From NCBI GenBank assembly GCA_035760645.1, contig DASTSO010000024.1:87331-151330 (forward strand): a DNA stretch of 64,000 nt, read 5' to 3'. The stretch comes from Gemmatimonadales bacterium. GTDB lineage: Bacteria; Gemmatimonadota; Gemmatimonadetes; Gemmatimonadales; GWC2-71-9. Below are positions 1 through 14,691 of this stretch, piece after piece; the first letter of the stretch is position 1; every line of letters begins with the position of its first letter. Under the pieces are notes generated by a model. That model had not been told where the DNA came from, did no database searches, and saw only the letters and a program-made list of their open reading frames with translations. The translations under genes and the position numbers were made by a program.

Positions 1-324
1 GGCCGCGTCGGCCCCAACGACGAGCGCGAACTCCCGGCCCGGTTCCCGGCCACCGAGCTCGCGCAGCGTGTCCACCGTGTAGGAGGGCCCTTCCCGCTCC
101 AACTCGCAACGCTCCAGGCGGAAACGCGGTTCCCCCCGGATCGCCAGCTCCACCATCGCCGCCCGCGCCTCGGCTGGCGCCCGGTGCTGCCCCACCTTGA
201 ACGGCTGCAGGCGCGCCGGGACGAAGCGCAGCTCCTCGAGCTCGAGCGCCTCGACGACCGCCTGCGCGACCAGCAGGTGGCCGAGGTGGATCGGGTCGAA
301 CGAGCCGCCGAAGAGCCCGATCAT
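1..324 (-). CDS. nadD: nicotinate-nucleotide adenylyltransferase, N-terminal part (gene runs off left edge)
   Basis: Own translation of minus strand from ATG at 322-324: MIGLFGGSFDPIHLGHLLVAQAVVEALELEELRFVPARLQPFK...; GGxFDPxHxGH cytidylyl/adenylyltransferase motif. Not in ORF track because truncated. Confidence 0.75.
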   Translation of the reverse strand, partial: MIGLFGGSFDPIHLGHLLVAQAVVEALELEELRFVPARLQPFKVGQHRAPAEARAAMVELAIRGEPRFRLERCELEREGPSYTVDTLRELGGREPGREFALVVGADAA

Positions 325-335
325 GCCCGCGGCGC

Positions 336-1124
336 TCAGGACGCCTTGGCGGGCGTGGCCTGGCAGACCTTGTCGAGGTCGTTCGCCTTCGGGTGGAAGC
401 GCCGCAGGTAGCCGCAGGTCTCGGCCGCGTCCTCCGAGTAGCCGAGCACCCGGTAGGCCTCCACCAGCTTGACCAGCGCGTCCGGCGCCACCTGCGCCCG
501 GGGATAGGTGGCGACGAGGTCCTTGAGGTAGAGAATGGCCGAGTCGTAGGCCTTGAGGCGCAGGTAGTAGAGCGCCGACTTGTACTGCTTGAAGGCGAAC
601 CAGTCCTGCAGGTGCTGCATCTTCCCCTGCGCCCGCTGGGCGGCGGGGCTGTCGGGGTAGCGGCTCACCAGCTCCTGGTAGGTCGCCAGGGCGGTCTGGC
701 CGTAGGACGGATCGAGCTCGGGGCGGCGCCAGAGCTCGGCGTACGCGTCCCCGACGCGCAGCAGGGCGTCGGGTGCGAGCGGGTCGTTCGGCGTCTCGTC
801 GGAGACGCGGCGGAAATCGCGGGCCGCCTCGAGCCGCTGGCCCTGCGCGAGCTTGGTCTCGCCGATGTAGAACCGGGCCCGCGTGATCCGCCCGTCGCCC
901 GGCCCGGCCTCGAGCAGGAAGCGCTCGAAGAGGGTCCCCGCATCCGACCACTTGCCCCGGCGGTAGGCGTGCTCGCCCTGGGTCCAGATCGAGTCGAGCG
1001 CGGTCTGGGGAATGCGCTCGGCGCTCCCGGCCAGCGGCGCGGGCTGCGTGGCGTCCGACCGGCGGCCACCCGCGCAGGCGGCCGTCCCGAGCAGGGCAAG
1101 GAGGCAGAGGGTACGACGGAGCAT
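336..1124 (-). CDS. bamD: outer membrane protein assembly factor BamD-like lipoprotein
   Basis: 262-aa ORF; lipoprotein signal LLALLGTAAC; TPR-like helical repeats with SRYPDS..A..A and ATYPRAQVAPDALVKLVEAY segments typical of BamD/YfiO. Confidence 0.7.
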   Translation of the reverse strand: MLRRTLCLLALLGTAACAGGRRSDATQPAPLAGSAERIPQTALDSIWTQGEHAYRRGKWSDAGTLFERFLLEAGPGDGRITRARFYIGETKLAQGQRLEAARDFRRVSDETPNDPLAPDALLRVGDAYAELWRRPELDPSYGQTALATYQELVSRYPDSPAAQRAQGKMQHLQDWFAFKQYKSALYYLRLKAYDSAILYLKDLVATYPRAQVAPDALVKLVEAYRVLGYSEDAAETCGYLRRFHPKANDLDKVCQATPAKAS

Positions 1125-1199
1125 CAGGTCTCGCTCGAGCGGGTGCGGTCAGGGTTGTCCGGGAATCCTACCAAGATAATCGGGGAGACGCCCCGGCTG

Positions 1200-1907
1200 T
1201 CACCCGGCCGCACGCTCGACCATGGCGAGGTAGGCCTCCACCCGCGCGTTCTCGGGACGGCGGGCGAGGCAGCCGCGCCAGACGTCCCGCGCGGCGAGCG
1301 CGTCGCCTGCGAGGTAGTGGGCGAGCCCCAGCGCCGCCTCCGCGTCCACGAAGTTCGGCCGCGCCACGAGGACGCGCTCGAGCTCCTCGCGCGCCGCGAG
1401 CGGCTGCCCCGCCTCGAGGAGCAGACGGGCGAGGCGGTAGCGGAGGTCGTGGAACTCGGGCCCCAGCTCCAGCGCGCGCCGGTACTGGGCGACGGCCTCG
1501 GCGAGCGCGAACGCCTCGGCGTAGGCCTCGCCGAGGGCGGCGTGCTGGTTGGCGAGCCGGGCGGCGACGTGCCCCGGGAAGCCCGCGACGGCCGGCCCCT
1601 CGGCGGCGCGGGCCTGGCCGAAGGCGGCCTCGGCCTCCGCGGCCCGGCCCAGTTCGCTGAGGACGAGGCCGCGATGGATCAGCGCCTCGAGATAGCGGGG
1701 ATTGAGTCCGAGCGCGGCGTCGAAGGCCGCGAGCGCGCGCTCGGACTGGCCCAGAAGGGAGTAGGAGAGCCCGAGCAGGTGATGCGCGTCGGCGTAGGCC
1801 CCACCCGCCTCGATCAGCTCCTCGAGCAGGTGGATGGCGCCGTAGTAGTCCTGCAGCGCGAACCGCTCGCGGGCGGCGCCGAGCAGGTGCTCAGCGCTGA
1901 CGTGCAT
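1200..1907 (-). CDS. TPR repeat protein
   Basis: 235-aa ORF with repeated A..Y..AL.L.P motifs; 17-nt overlap of its start with the upstream epimerase stop. Confidence 0.65.
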   Translation of the reverse strand: MHVSAEHLLGAARERFALQDYYGAIHLLEELIEAGGAYADAHHLLGLSYSLLGQSERALAAFDAALGLNPRYLEALIHRGLVLSELGRAAEAEAAFGQARAAEGPAVAGFPGHVAARLANQHAALGEAYAEAFALAEAVAQYRRALELGPEFHDLRYRLARLLLEAGQPLAAREELERVLVARPNFVDAEAALGLAHYLAGDALAARDVWRGCLARRPENARVEAYLAMVERAAG

Positions 1908-2868
1908 AGGTCTCGCGGAACCACTCGGCGAAGCGCCGCACCCCCTCGGGGAAGGCGGTGCGCGGGGCGTAGCCCAGCACGCGGCCCGACTTGGTGAGAT
2001 CGGCGAAGGTGTGCTGCACGTCGCCCGGCTGCATCGGCGCCCACTGGATCACGGGCTCGGCGCCGAGCGCGGCGGCCACCTCGGCGACCATGTCGCGCAG
2101 CGGCACCGGGCGATTGCCGCCCAGGTTGAACGCCTCCATGCCGACCGGCGCCGTGGCGGTCCAGTCGAGCGCGGCGACGACGCCCGCGGTGATGTCGTCA
2201 CAGTAGGTGTAGTCGCGCGCCTGGCTGCCGTCGCCGAACAGGGTGAGCGGCTTCCCCTCGGCCATCCGTCGCATGAAGGCGTGAATGGCGAGGTCGGGCC
2301 GCTGGCGCGGCCCGTAGACGGTGAAGAACCGGAGCGCCGCGGCGCGGAAGCCCACGATCGGGGCGAGCGCCGAGAGGAAGAGCTCGCCCCCGCGCTTGGT
2401 GGCGGCGTAGGGCGAGACGGGCTCGACGGCCGGCGCGTCCTCGCGGAAGGGCGCCGGCGTCGAGTCGCCGTAGACCGACGAGCTCGAGGCGAAGACGACG
2501 CGCGACACGCCCGCGCGCCGCGCGGCCTCGAGCACGGCCGCGGTGCCGGTGAGGTTCACGCGCGCATAGCCGACGGGGTCGAGGATCGAGGGCCGCACCC
2601 CCGCCTTCGCGGCGAGATGGACGAGCACCGTCTCGGGGGTGAGCAGGCGCTCGAGCCGCTCGCCGTCGAGGAGGTCGAACTCGTGGAACTCGAGCGCGTC
2701 CTCGCCGAAGCGCGCGGCGACGTCGGCGAGATTGAGCTCCTTGAGCGACCGGTCGTAGAAGGGATCGAAGTTGTCGATGCCCACCACCTCGTCCCCACGC
2801 GCGAGCAGCGCCTCGACGAGGTGGGAGCCGATGAAGCCCGCGGCGCCGGTGACGACGACGCGCGTCAC
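1891..2868 (-). CDS. NAD-dependent nucleotide-sugar epimerase (UDP-glucuronate 4-epimerase-like)
   Basis: Last 325 codons of the 1281-aa run-on ORF; GTG at 2866-2868 overlaps ugd stop (GTGA); [13 protein letters not shown] Rossmann motif, SPYAATK (Y-x3-K). Confidence 0.8.
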   Translation of the reverse strand: MTRVVVTGAAGFIGSHLVEALLARGDEVVGIDNFDPFYDRSLKELNLADVAARFGEDALEFHEFDLLDGERLERLLTPETVLVHLAAKAGVRPSILDPVGYARVNLTGTAAVLEAARRAGVSRVVFASSSSVYGDSTPAPFREDAPAVEPVSPYAATKRGGELFLSALAPIVGFRAAALRFFTVYGPRQRPDLAIHAFMRRMAEGKPLTLFGDGSQARDYTYCDDITAGVVAALDWTATAPVGMEAFNLGGNRPVPLRDMVAEVAAALGAEPVIQWAPMQPGDVQHTFADLTKSGRVLGYAPRTAFPEGVRRFAEWFRETYARQR

Positions 2869-4220
2869 GGGCAGCGCCGGCCGATGCCGTGGTACTCGAA
2901 GCCGGCGTGGGCCATGCGGTCGGGCTGATACAGGTTGCGGCCGTCGAGGATGAGCGGCCGGCGCAGGAGGCCCCGCAGGCGGACGAAGTCGGGGTTGCGG
3001 TAGACCAGCCACTCGGTCACGACCACGAGCGCGTCGGCGCCGTGCGCGGCGCTGTAGGGGTCGGCGGCATAGAGCACGCGGTCGCCGAAGATGGCGCGCG
3101 CCGACTCGATCGCCTTCGGGTCGTGGGCCTGCACGCGCGCGCCGGCGGCGAGGAGCCCCTCGACCAGCGGGATCGCCGGGCTCTCGCGCATGTCGTCCGT
3201 CTCGGCCTTGAAGGCGAGGCCCCAGATACCGACCGTCCGGCCACTGAGGTCGGGCCGGCGGCCGTCGCCGTTGCCGCCCCCGTTCGCGCCGGCGTCGTCG
3301 CCGAGGAAGCGATAGGCCTTCTCGAGCAGCACCAGCTTCTGGCGCTCGTTGACCGCCTCGACGCTCTTGAGGAGGTCGAGCTCGACGCCCCGCTCGTGCG
3401 CGGTGCGGATGATGGCCTTGACGTCCTTCGGGAAGCAGCTGCCGCCGTAGCCCGGGCCCGGGTAGAGGAACGCCCGCCCGATCCGCTGGTCGGAGCCGAT
3501 GCCGTTGCGGACCATCATGATGTCGGCGCCCACCGTCTCGCAGAAGTTCGCGAGCTGGTTCATGAACGAGATGCGCGTGGCGAGCATCGCGTTCGCGGCG
3601 TACTTCGTCACCTCGGCCGAGGCGATGTCCATGAAGAGGACGCGGTCGCCGCCCTGGCGGGTGAACGGCGCGTACAGCTCGGCCATGCACTCGCGCGCCT
3701 CGTCGCTGTCGACGCCGATCACGACCCGGTCCGGCTTCATGAAGTCGTCGATCGCCGCCCCTTCCTTCAGGAACTCGGGGTTGGCGCAGACGTGGAACGG
3801 CACGTCGGTCTCGGAGGCGACCGCGGCGCGCACCTTCTCGGCCGTGCCCACCGGCACGGTGGACTTGGTCACGACGACCTTCGGCGCGTTCATCGCCCGG
3901 CCGATGCCCTTCGCCACGGCGAGCACGTGCTGCAGGTCGGCCGAGCCGTCCTCGCCGGGCGGGGTGCCGACGGCGATGAAGACCACGCGCGACTGCTCGA
4001 CCGCCTCGCGCAGGTCGGTGGTGAAGCGGAGCCGGCCCTCGGCCTGGTTCCGCCGCACCATGTCCTCGAGCCCCGGCTCGTAGATCGGGATCTCGTTGTT
4101 CTTCAGCCGGGCGATCTTGCGCTCGTCCACATCCACGCAGACGACGTCGTTGCCAGTCTCGGCGAAGCACGCCCCCGCCACCAACCCCACGTATCCGCTG
4201 CCGATCACCGCCACGTGCAT
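2865..4220 (-). CDS. ugd: UDP-glucose 6-dehydrogenase
   Basis: 451-aa [18 protein letters not shown]-terminus, GGSCFPKD catalytic-Cys motif. Confidence 0.9.
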   Translation of the reverse strand: MHVAVIGSGYVGLVAGACFAETGNDVVCVDVDERKIARLKNNEIPIYEPGLEDMVRRNQAEGRLRFTTDLREAVEQSRVVFIAVGTPPGEDGSADLQHVLAVAKGIGRAMNAPKVVVTKSTVPVGTAEKVRAAVASETDVPFHVCANPEFLKEGAAIDDFMKPDRVVIGVDSDEARECMAELYAPFTRQGGDRVLFMDIASAEVTKYAANAMLATRISFMNQLANFCETVGADIMMVRNGIGSDQRIGRAFLYPGPGYGGSCFPKDVKAIIRTAHERGVELDLLKSVEAVNERQKLVLLEKAYRFLGDDAGANGGGNGDGRRPDLSGRTVGIWGLAFKAETDDMRESPAIPLVEGLLAAGARVQAHDPKAIESARAIFGDRVLYAADPYSAAHGADALVVVTEWLVYRNPDFVRLRGLLRRPLILDGRNLYQPDRMAHAGFEYHGIGRRCP

Positions 4221-4232
4221 GCCGCCGCTCCC

Positions 4233-5519
4233 TTACCGCGGCTTCGCCAGCACGTGCCGGGTGTCCACGACCAGGGTCGCGTGGTCCCGCACCAGCCGGT
4301 AATCGATGTCCGAGTGGTCGGTCACGACCATGACCAGATCGGCGGCGGCCAGCGCCTCGGGCGTCAGCGCCACGGAGGCGAACCGGTGGCCGTCTTCGGT
4401 GAACGACGGCACGTGGGGATCGTGGTAGCTGACCTGCGCCCCCTGCTGCTCCAGGAGCTTGATGATGTCGAGCGCCGGGCTCTCGCGCAGGTCGTCGATG
4501 TCGCGCTTGTAGGCGACGCCGAGGACGAGCACGCGTGCGCCGCGCATCGCCTTGCCCCGGCCGTTGAGCGCCTCGACCGCCTTGCGCACCCAGAAGAGCG
4601 GCATCTCGGTATTCACCTCGCCGGCGAGGTCGATGAAGCGGGTCTTGTAGTTGAGCCCGCGCATCTTCCAGGCGAGGTAGTGGGGGTCGATCGGGATGCA
4701 GTGGCCGCCGAGTCCGGGGCCCGGCAGGAACTTCATGAAGCCGAACGGCTTGGTGGCGGCCGCCTCGATCACCTCCCAGACGTCCACGCCGAGCTTGTCG
4801 CAGACGATCGCCATCTCGTTGACGAGCCCGATGTTCACGCTGCGGAAGGTGTTCTCGAGCAGCTTGACGAGCTCCGCCGCCTCGGTGCTCGAGACCGGCA
4901 CCAGCGTGTCGATCGCCGGCTGGTAGAGCGCCTCCGCGACGCGCACGCAAGCCGGGGTGATGCCGCCGACCACCTTCGGGGTGTTCTTCGTGTGGTAGGT
5001 CGGATTGCCCGGGTCGACGCGCTCGGGGCTGAAGGCGAGGAAGAAGTCCTCGCCCACCCGGAGCCCGGTGCTCTCGAGCGCCGGCAGCATGATCTCGCGG
5101 GTGGTGCCCGGGTAGGTGGTGCTCTCGAGGATGATCGCCTGGCCCCGGCGGAGCGTCGCCTTGACCGCCTCGGTCGCGGCCTGGATGTAGCTCATGTCCG
5201 GGTCCTTGAACTTCGACAGCGGCGTCGGCACGCAGATCGAGATCGCGTCGGGCTCGCTCAGACGCGACGCGTCGGTCGTCGCCGTGAAGCGGCCGGCGCA
5301 GACCACCTCGCGCAGCTGCGCGTCCGTGACGTCCTTGATGTGCGACGTGCCCGCGTTGAGGCCGTCGACCACCCGCTGGTTGACGTCGTACCCGAGCACA
5401 TGGTAGCCGGCCTTCGCCAGCTCCACCGCCAGCGGGAGACCGACGTATCCCAGTCCCACGATCCCGAAGAGCGCCTCCCGGCGCTCCGCCTTCTGGATCA
5501 GCTCGTCCGCGACCGACAT
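4233..5519 (-). CDS. UDP-N-acetyl-D-glucosamine 6-dehydrogenase family (WbpA/WecC/TviB-like)
   Basis: 428-aa ORF, IVGLGYVGLPLAVELA Rossmann motif, GGHCIPIDP catalytic-Cys motif; WbpA-type call rests on the adjacent WlbA/C/B-like genes. Confidence 0.75.
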   Translation of the reverse strand: MSVADELIQKAERREALFGIVGLGYVGLPLAVELAKAGYHVLGYDVNQRVVDGLNAGTSHIKDVTDAQLREVVCAGRFTATTDASRLSEPDAISICVPTPLSKFKDPDMSYIQAATEAVKATLRRGQAIILESTTYPGTTREIMLPALESTGLRVGEDFFLAFSPERVDPGNPTYHTKNTPKVVGGITPACVRVAEALYQPAIDTLVPVSSTEAAELVKLLENTFRSVNIGLVNEMAIVCDKLGVDVWEVIEAAATKPFGFMKFLPGPGLGGHCIPIDPHYLAWKMRGLNYKTRFIDLAGEVNTEMPLFWVRKAVEALNGRGKAMRGARVLVLGVAYKRDIDDLRESPALDIIKLLEQQGAQVSYHDPHVPSFTEDGHRFASVALTPEALAAADLVMVVTDHSDIDYRLVRDHATLVVDTRHVLAKPR

Positions 5520-5641
5520 CTATGCTCCTCTGCGAGGGAATAGGGCCCCTTCGGGCCGTCTCGTTCAGTTGGGGGCGCCTCCGCCGGGCGCCCATCCGGG
5601 CAGGCCGCTGCAGGACCCGGGCCGCGGCCGCAGGACCGGCC

Positions 5642-6703
5642 TCAGTACTCGAGCGGCAGCGCGACGCGGCGTCCGTCGCGCGCGGCGAGATAGATCGCCA
5701 CCAGCAGCTCGAGCGAGCGGAGCCCTTCGCGCCCATCGGTTTCCGGCGCCGCCTCGCCCCGCAGCGCAGCGATCACGTTGGCGTAGTAGGCCGTGTGGCC
5801 GAAGCCGTAGACCGAGGTGGTCTCGTAGCTCGCCTGTTGCACCAGAGCATCACTCGGGTCCGGGGTGGCGAACTCCCAGGTTTCGATCTTGTTGACCGCG
5901 ACCCCGCCCACGCGCACCGTGCCGTGCTCGCCCAGGACGGTGATGCTGCCTTCGTAGTTGCGGGGATAGGTGAGCATCGTCACGCTCATCGTCCCCAGGG
6001 CCCCGGTGCGCCAGCGGATCGCCGCCACCCCGGTGTCCTCGACCTGGATGTTGCGGGCCAGCGTCGCCGTGTAGGCCTGCACGCTCTCGACGGGCCCGAT
6101 GAGCCAGTCGAGGAGGTCGACATAGTGCGAGGCCTGGTTCATGAACGCCCCGCCGTCGAACTCCCAGGTGCCGCGCCACGCCGCGCTGTCGTAGTAGCTC
6201 TGCGGGCGGCTCCAGAAGACGTTCACCGAGACCATGAAGATCCGGCCGAAGCGCCCCTGCTCCATCGCCCCCTTGAGCAACTGGAGGGTGGCGTTGCGGC
6301 GGTTCTGCTTGACCACGAAGAGGTGCACCCCGGCGACGTCGCAGGCATGGACCATCGCCTTGCCGTCCTGCCAGCGGGTCGCCATCGGCTTCTCGGTCAT
6401 GACGTGCCGACCCGCCGCGGCCACCCGGATCGCCTGCTCGGCATGCAGCCCGCTCGGGGTGGCGAGCACGACGATGTCCGCGTCGCAGCCGGCGAGCAGG
6501 GCGTCGAGGGACGCGAAGCCCGGCGCCCCGGTGCGCGCCACCGCCGCGGCGAGCGCCGCGGGGTCGATGTCGCACACGCCCACCAGTTCGGCCGCCTCCC
6601 GGTGCTGGTCGAGCGCGTCGAAGTGGTTCTTGGAGATCCGCCCGCAGCCCACCAGGGCGAAGCGAACCTTCCGGTCGGTCACGATCGGCTTGGTAATGAA
6701 CAT
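5642..6703 (-). CDS. Gfo/Idh/MocA oxidoreductase, WbpB/WlbA-like (UDP-GlcNAcA 3-dehydrogenase candidate)
   Basis: C-terminal 353 codons of the 788-aa ORF; RFALVGCGRISKNH Rossmann motif. ATG at 6703. An in-frame GTG at 6736 overlaps the upstream stop (GTGA) and is an equally plausible start. Confidence 0.7.
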   Translation of the reverse strand: MFITKPIVTDRKVRFALVGCGRISKNHFDALDQHREAAELVGVCDIDPAALAAAVARTGAPGFASLDALLAGCDADIVVLATPSGLHAEQAIRVAAAGRHVMTEKPMATRWQDGKAMVHACDVAGVHLFVVKQNRRNATLQLLKGAMEQGRFGRIFMVSVNVFWSRPQSYYDSAAWRGTWEFDGGAFMNQASHYVDLLDWLIGPVESVQAYTATLARNIQVEDTGVAAIRWRTGALGTMSVTMLTYPRNYEGSITVLGEHGTVRVGGVAVNKIETWEFATPDPSDALVQQASYETTSVYGFGHTAYYANVIAALRGEAAPETDGREGLRSLELLVAIYLAARDGRRVALPLEY

Positions 6704-6732
6704 GCCTGCGGGCCGCGCCGCCGCGACGTGCG

Positions 6733-7899
6733 TCACGCGGCGCTCCCGGCGGCCGCCCCGACCGCCTGGTAGAACTCCCGTACCGCCGCGACGACGGCGT
6801 CCTGCCGCTCGGGCGTGAGCTCGGGGTAGATCGGCAGCGACAGCACCTCGGCCGTTGCCGCCTCGGTCACCGGCAGCGCGCCGCGCGCGTAGCCCAGCGG
6901 CGCGAAGCAGGGCTGCAGGTGCAGCGGCGTCGGATAGTAGATCGCATGGCCGATTCCGCGCGCCCTGAGGTGCTCGGCCAGCGCGTCGCGGCGCCGGGCG
7001 CGAATCGTGTACTGGTGGAAGATGTGCTCGTTGGCGGGATCGGTGACCGGGGACAGCACCAGCCCCGCGTCGGCGAGGTCGGCGAAGGCCTCGGCGTAGC
7101 GTGCGGCCACCTGCCGACGGGCCACGTTCCAGGCCGCCAGGTGCGGCAGCTTGGCCAGCAGCACCGCGGCCTGGAGCGTGTCGAGGCGGCTGTTGAAGCC
7201 CACCTCCTCGTGGTGGTACTGCTTCGCCCCGCCGTGCAGGCGCAGCTTGCGGAGCCGCGCGGCGAGCGCGTCGTCCTGGGTCACCATCATTCCGCCGTCG
7301 CCCCAGGCGCCCAGGTTCTTGGAGGGGAAGAAGGAGAGCGTGCCCACCGTGCCCAGCTCGCCCGCCAGGCGCCAGGTCGGCCCCTCCGGCCCGTCCATCT
7401 TCCGTCGGGCACCGATCGCCTGGGCGCCGTCCTCGATCACGGCGAGCCCGTGGCGCTCGGCGAGCGGGAGGATCCGCTCCATCGCGGCCATCTGACCGTA
7501 GAGATGAACCACCACGATCGCGCGCGTGCGCGGGGTGATCGCCCGTTCGATGGCGGCGGGGTCGATGTTGAACGTGGCGGGATCGATGTCGGCGAACACC
7601 GGCGTGCCGCCGGCGTTGTGCACCGCGCCCGCGGTGGCGAAGAATGTAAAGGCCGGGCAGATCACCTCGTCGCCCGGCTGCAGGGAGAGCGTCTTGAGCG
7701 GGAGCAGGAGCGCGTCGGTCCCGCTCGCGCAGGCAATCCCGTGGCGCGTGTGGCAGAGCTCGGCGAGCGCCGTCTCGAGCGCGCCCACCTCGGGCCCCAT
7801 GATGAAGCCCTGCCGTTCGACGACGCCCATCAGCGACGCCAGGACCTCGTCCTTGATCGACTGGTACTGCGCGACCAGATCCAGCAGCGGGACGTTCAC
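6733..7899 (-). CDS. DegT/DnrJ/EryC1/StrS-family aminotransferase, WbpE/WlbC-like
   Basis: ORF 6733..7956. I prefer the GTG at 7899, preceded by GAGGAG (N-terminus VNVPLLDLVAQYQSIKDEV). Family segments GFIMGPEV and SFFPSKNLG (PLP-Lys region). Confidence 0.85.
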   Translation of the reverse strand: MNVPLLDLVAQYQSIKDEVLASLMGVVERQGFIMGPEVGALETALAELCHTRHGIACASGTDALLLPLKTLSLQPGDEVICPAFTFFATAGAVHNAGGTPVFADIDPATFNIDPAAIERAITPRTRAIVVVHLYGQMAAMERILPLAERHGLAVIEDGAQAIGARRKMDGPEGPTWRLAGELGTVGTLSFFPSKNLGAWGDGGMMVTQDDALAARLRKLRLHGGAKQYHHEEVGFNSRLDTLQAAVLLAKLPHLAAWNVARRQVAARYAEAFADLADAGLVLSPVTDPANEHIFHQYTIRARRRDALAEHLRARGIGHAIYYPTPLHLQPCFAPLGYARGALPVTEAATAEVLSLPIYPELTPERQDAVVAAVREFYQAVGAAAGSAA

Positions 7900-7930
7900 G
7901 GCTCCTCGCTTGCAGAGTGCGGTGCCGGCC

Positions 7931-7960
7931 GCGCGTGGCGCTCGCGCGAGCGCCACGCGC
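7931..7960. promoter_or_regulatory. 30-nt perfect GC-rich palindrome between the WlbB-like and WlbC-like genes
   Basis: GCGCGTGGCGCTCGC|GCGAGCGCCACGCGC read directly. No flanking U-tract on the transcribed (minus) strand. Confidence 0.6.
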
Positions 7961-8046
7961 CTCCCGGACAGGAAGCGCCCGCGCGGCGGCCGCCGGGGCC
8001 GGTCGCACGGGCGCGGGAACTCGCTAACCCCGTGACGGCGTGAATG

Positions 8047-11907
<3,861 letters not shown>

Positions 11908-11924
<17 letters not shown>

Positions 11925-12897
11925 CCACCAGCTCTTTCAGCGTCTCGTCCAGGGTGTACGTGGGCCGCCAGCCGGTCGCCCGGCGTAGCTTCGTGGCGTC
12001 GCCCACGAGATATGAGATGTCGCCCGCGCGCCGGAGCGCCGGGTCGGTGGCCGGATCGGCATCCACGCCGACGAGCCGGGCCAGCCTCGCGAAGACGTCG
12101 GCGAGCGTGACCCCCTCGCCCCGCGCGACGTTGAAGGTCTCCCCCGTCCCCGCGCCGCCGCCGATCCCGAGCTCGAGGAGGGCGAGGTAGGCGGCCGCCA
12201 CGTCCCGCACGTCGAGGATGTCGCGCACCGGGCTCAGATCCCCGGTCGGCACCGCGCGCGCGCCGCTGCGCCGCGCCTCGGCCAGCCGCCGCGCGAACGC
12301 CGGGATGGCGTAGAGCGGGGTCTGCCCCGGCCCGGTGTGCGCGAACGGGCGCGCGACGACGAGACGGAGCCCGGTCCGCCGCGCCACCTCGCGCGCCGCG
12401 ATCTCGGCGCCGAGCTTGCTCGCGGCGTACGGCGAGGGCGGCTCGACCGGATCGGTCTCGACGAAGGGCCGTCGCGCCGCGCCATCGGCGACCCCGGCCG
12501 CCGCGCCGTACACCTCGCCCGAGGAGACGAGCAGGAGGAGCGGTGCCGCCGGCTGCGCGGCCAGCGCCTCGGCGAGGCGCGCGGTGCCGGCGGCGTTCAC
12601 CGACCAGGCGAGGCCGGGGGCCCGGCGCGCCTCCCTGCCGCTGGCGAGCGCGGCGAGATGCACCACCGCGTCGACCGGCTCGGCGGCGAGCGCCTCGACC
12701 GAGGCGTCCTGCTCGAGATCCAGCTCACGCCACCGGACGCGCGCGTCCGCCTCCGCGGCGAGTGCCGGCAGCGGCGCGCCCGCCCGGCGCGTGCCGACGA
12801 CCGCGTGGTCCGCGGCGAGCAGCCGGGGGATCAGGTGGCCGCCGACGAACCCGTCGGCGCCGGTGACGAGGACGCGCAGCCGCGGTTCCTCAGGCAA
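11908..12897 (-). CDS. rmd: GDP-4-dehydro-6-deoxy-D-mannose reductase (Rmd-like SDR)
   Basis: 329-aa ORF; [33 protein letters not shown] and RDILDVRDV resemble Pseudomonas Rmd; directly downstream of gmd. Confidence 0.65.
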
Positions 12898-12906
12898 CGC
12901 CGCGCC

Positions 12907-13923
<1,017 letters not shown>

Positions 13924-14002
13924 TGGCGGTTTCCTGGGATTCACCAGGCTCGGCGTCGCCGCAGCGACTGAATTCGAACCGTTCAACAGTCAGGACCAAC
14001 CG

Positions 14003-14194
14003 ATGGCACGGATCTGCACCGTGTGCGCCAAGGGCCCCACGACGGGCAACAACGTCAGCCACGCCAACAACCGCACCAAGCGGCGCTGGTACCCCAATCT
14101 GCAGACCGTGCGCGTCCTGGTGGACGGGCAGCCGAAGCGGGTGAAGGTCTGCACGCAGTGCCTCAAGAGTAACCGGGTGACCAAGGCCAGCTGA
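14003..14194 (+). CDS. rpmB: 50S ribosomal protein L28
   Basis: [34 protein letters not shown]... (63 aa), inside the longer 13844..14194 ORF. Confidence 0.95.
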   Translation: MARICTVCAKGPTTGNNVSHANNRTKRRWYPNLQTVRVLVDGQPKRVKVCTQCLKSNRVTKAS

Positions 14195-14217
14195 GCCCCG
14201 GCTCCCGCGTGCTCGCC

Positions 14218-14247
14218 GGGCCCGCACGACCTCCGTCGTGCGGGCCC
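14218..14247 (+). terminator. 13-bp GC hairpin downstream of rpmB
   Basis: GGGCCCGCACGAC-CTCC-GTCGTGCGGGCCC; only a weak T-run follows (GCGCCGTTTC). Confidence 0.5.
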
Positions 14248-14273
14248 GCGCCGTTTCGGGGTGCGAGGGCCAG

Positions 14274-14297
14274 AAAAAAGGGGACCCGAAGGTCCCC
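14274..14297 (-). terminator. rho-independent terminator of the rplQ operon
   Basis: Minus strand reads GGGGACC-TTCG-GGTCCCC followed by TTTTTT; 37 nt downstream of the rplQ stop. Confidence 0.7.
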
Positions 14298-14334
14298 TTC
14301 CCGTCCTTCCCACCACGGAGCGCTGGAGCGCCGG

Positions 14335-14691
14335 TCACTCGGCGAGCAGCTCGATGCGGGCGACGTCGGCCCCGTCGCCGGGCCGGTGGCCGAGCTTGAG
14401 GATCCGGGTGTAGCCGCCGGGGCGCGCGGCGAAGCGCGGCCCGATCTCGGCGAAGAGGCGGCCGAGGACCTCGCGGTCCTTGATCTTGCGCTCGACGAGC
14501 CGGCGGGCGTGCAGATCGCCCCGGCGCGCGAGGGTGATCAGCTTCTCGGCGAACGGCCGCAGCTCCTTGGCCTTGGCCTCGGTCGTCACGATCTGGCCGT
14601 GGGCGAAGAGGCTGGTGGCCATGTTGTTCAGCAGGGCCCGCTTGTGGCTCGAGGTCCGGCTCAGCTGCCGACCCTTGGCACGATGACGCAT
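14335..14691 (-). CDS. rplQ: 50S ribosomal protein L17
   Basis: [28 protein letters not shown]...; start overlaps the rpoA stop by 1 nt (TAATG). Confidence 0.95.
   Translation of the reverse strand: MRHRAKGRQLSRTSSHKRALLNNMATSLFAHGQIVTTEAKAKELRPFAEKLITLARRGDLHARRLVERKIKDREVLGRLFAEIGPRFAARPGGYTRILKLGHRPGDGADVARIELLAE

Noticed and set aside
2889-5543. 884-aa ORF on the plus strand
   Set aside because: Antisense to ugd and the WbpA-like dehydrogenase; same low-complexity composition; no recognisable domain.
1891-5736. 1281-aa minus-strand ORF suggesting a giant protein
   Set aside because: Only the last 325 codons (the epimerase, from the GTG at 2868) make sense. The upstream part is out of frame across ugd and the WbpA-like gene and is Arg/Pro/Gly low-complexity.
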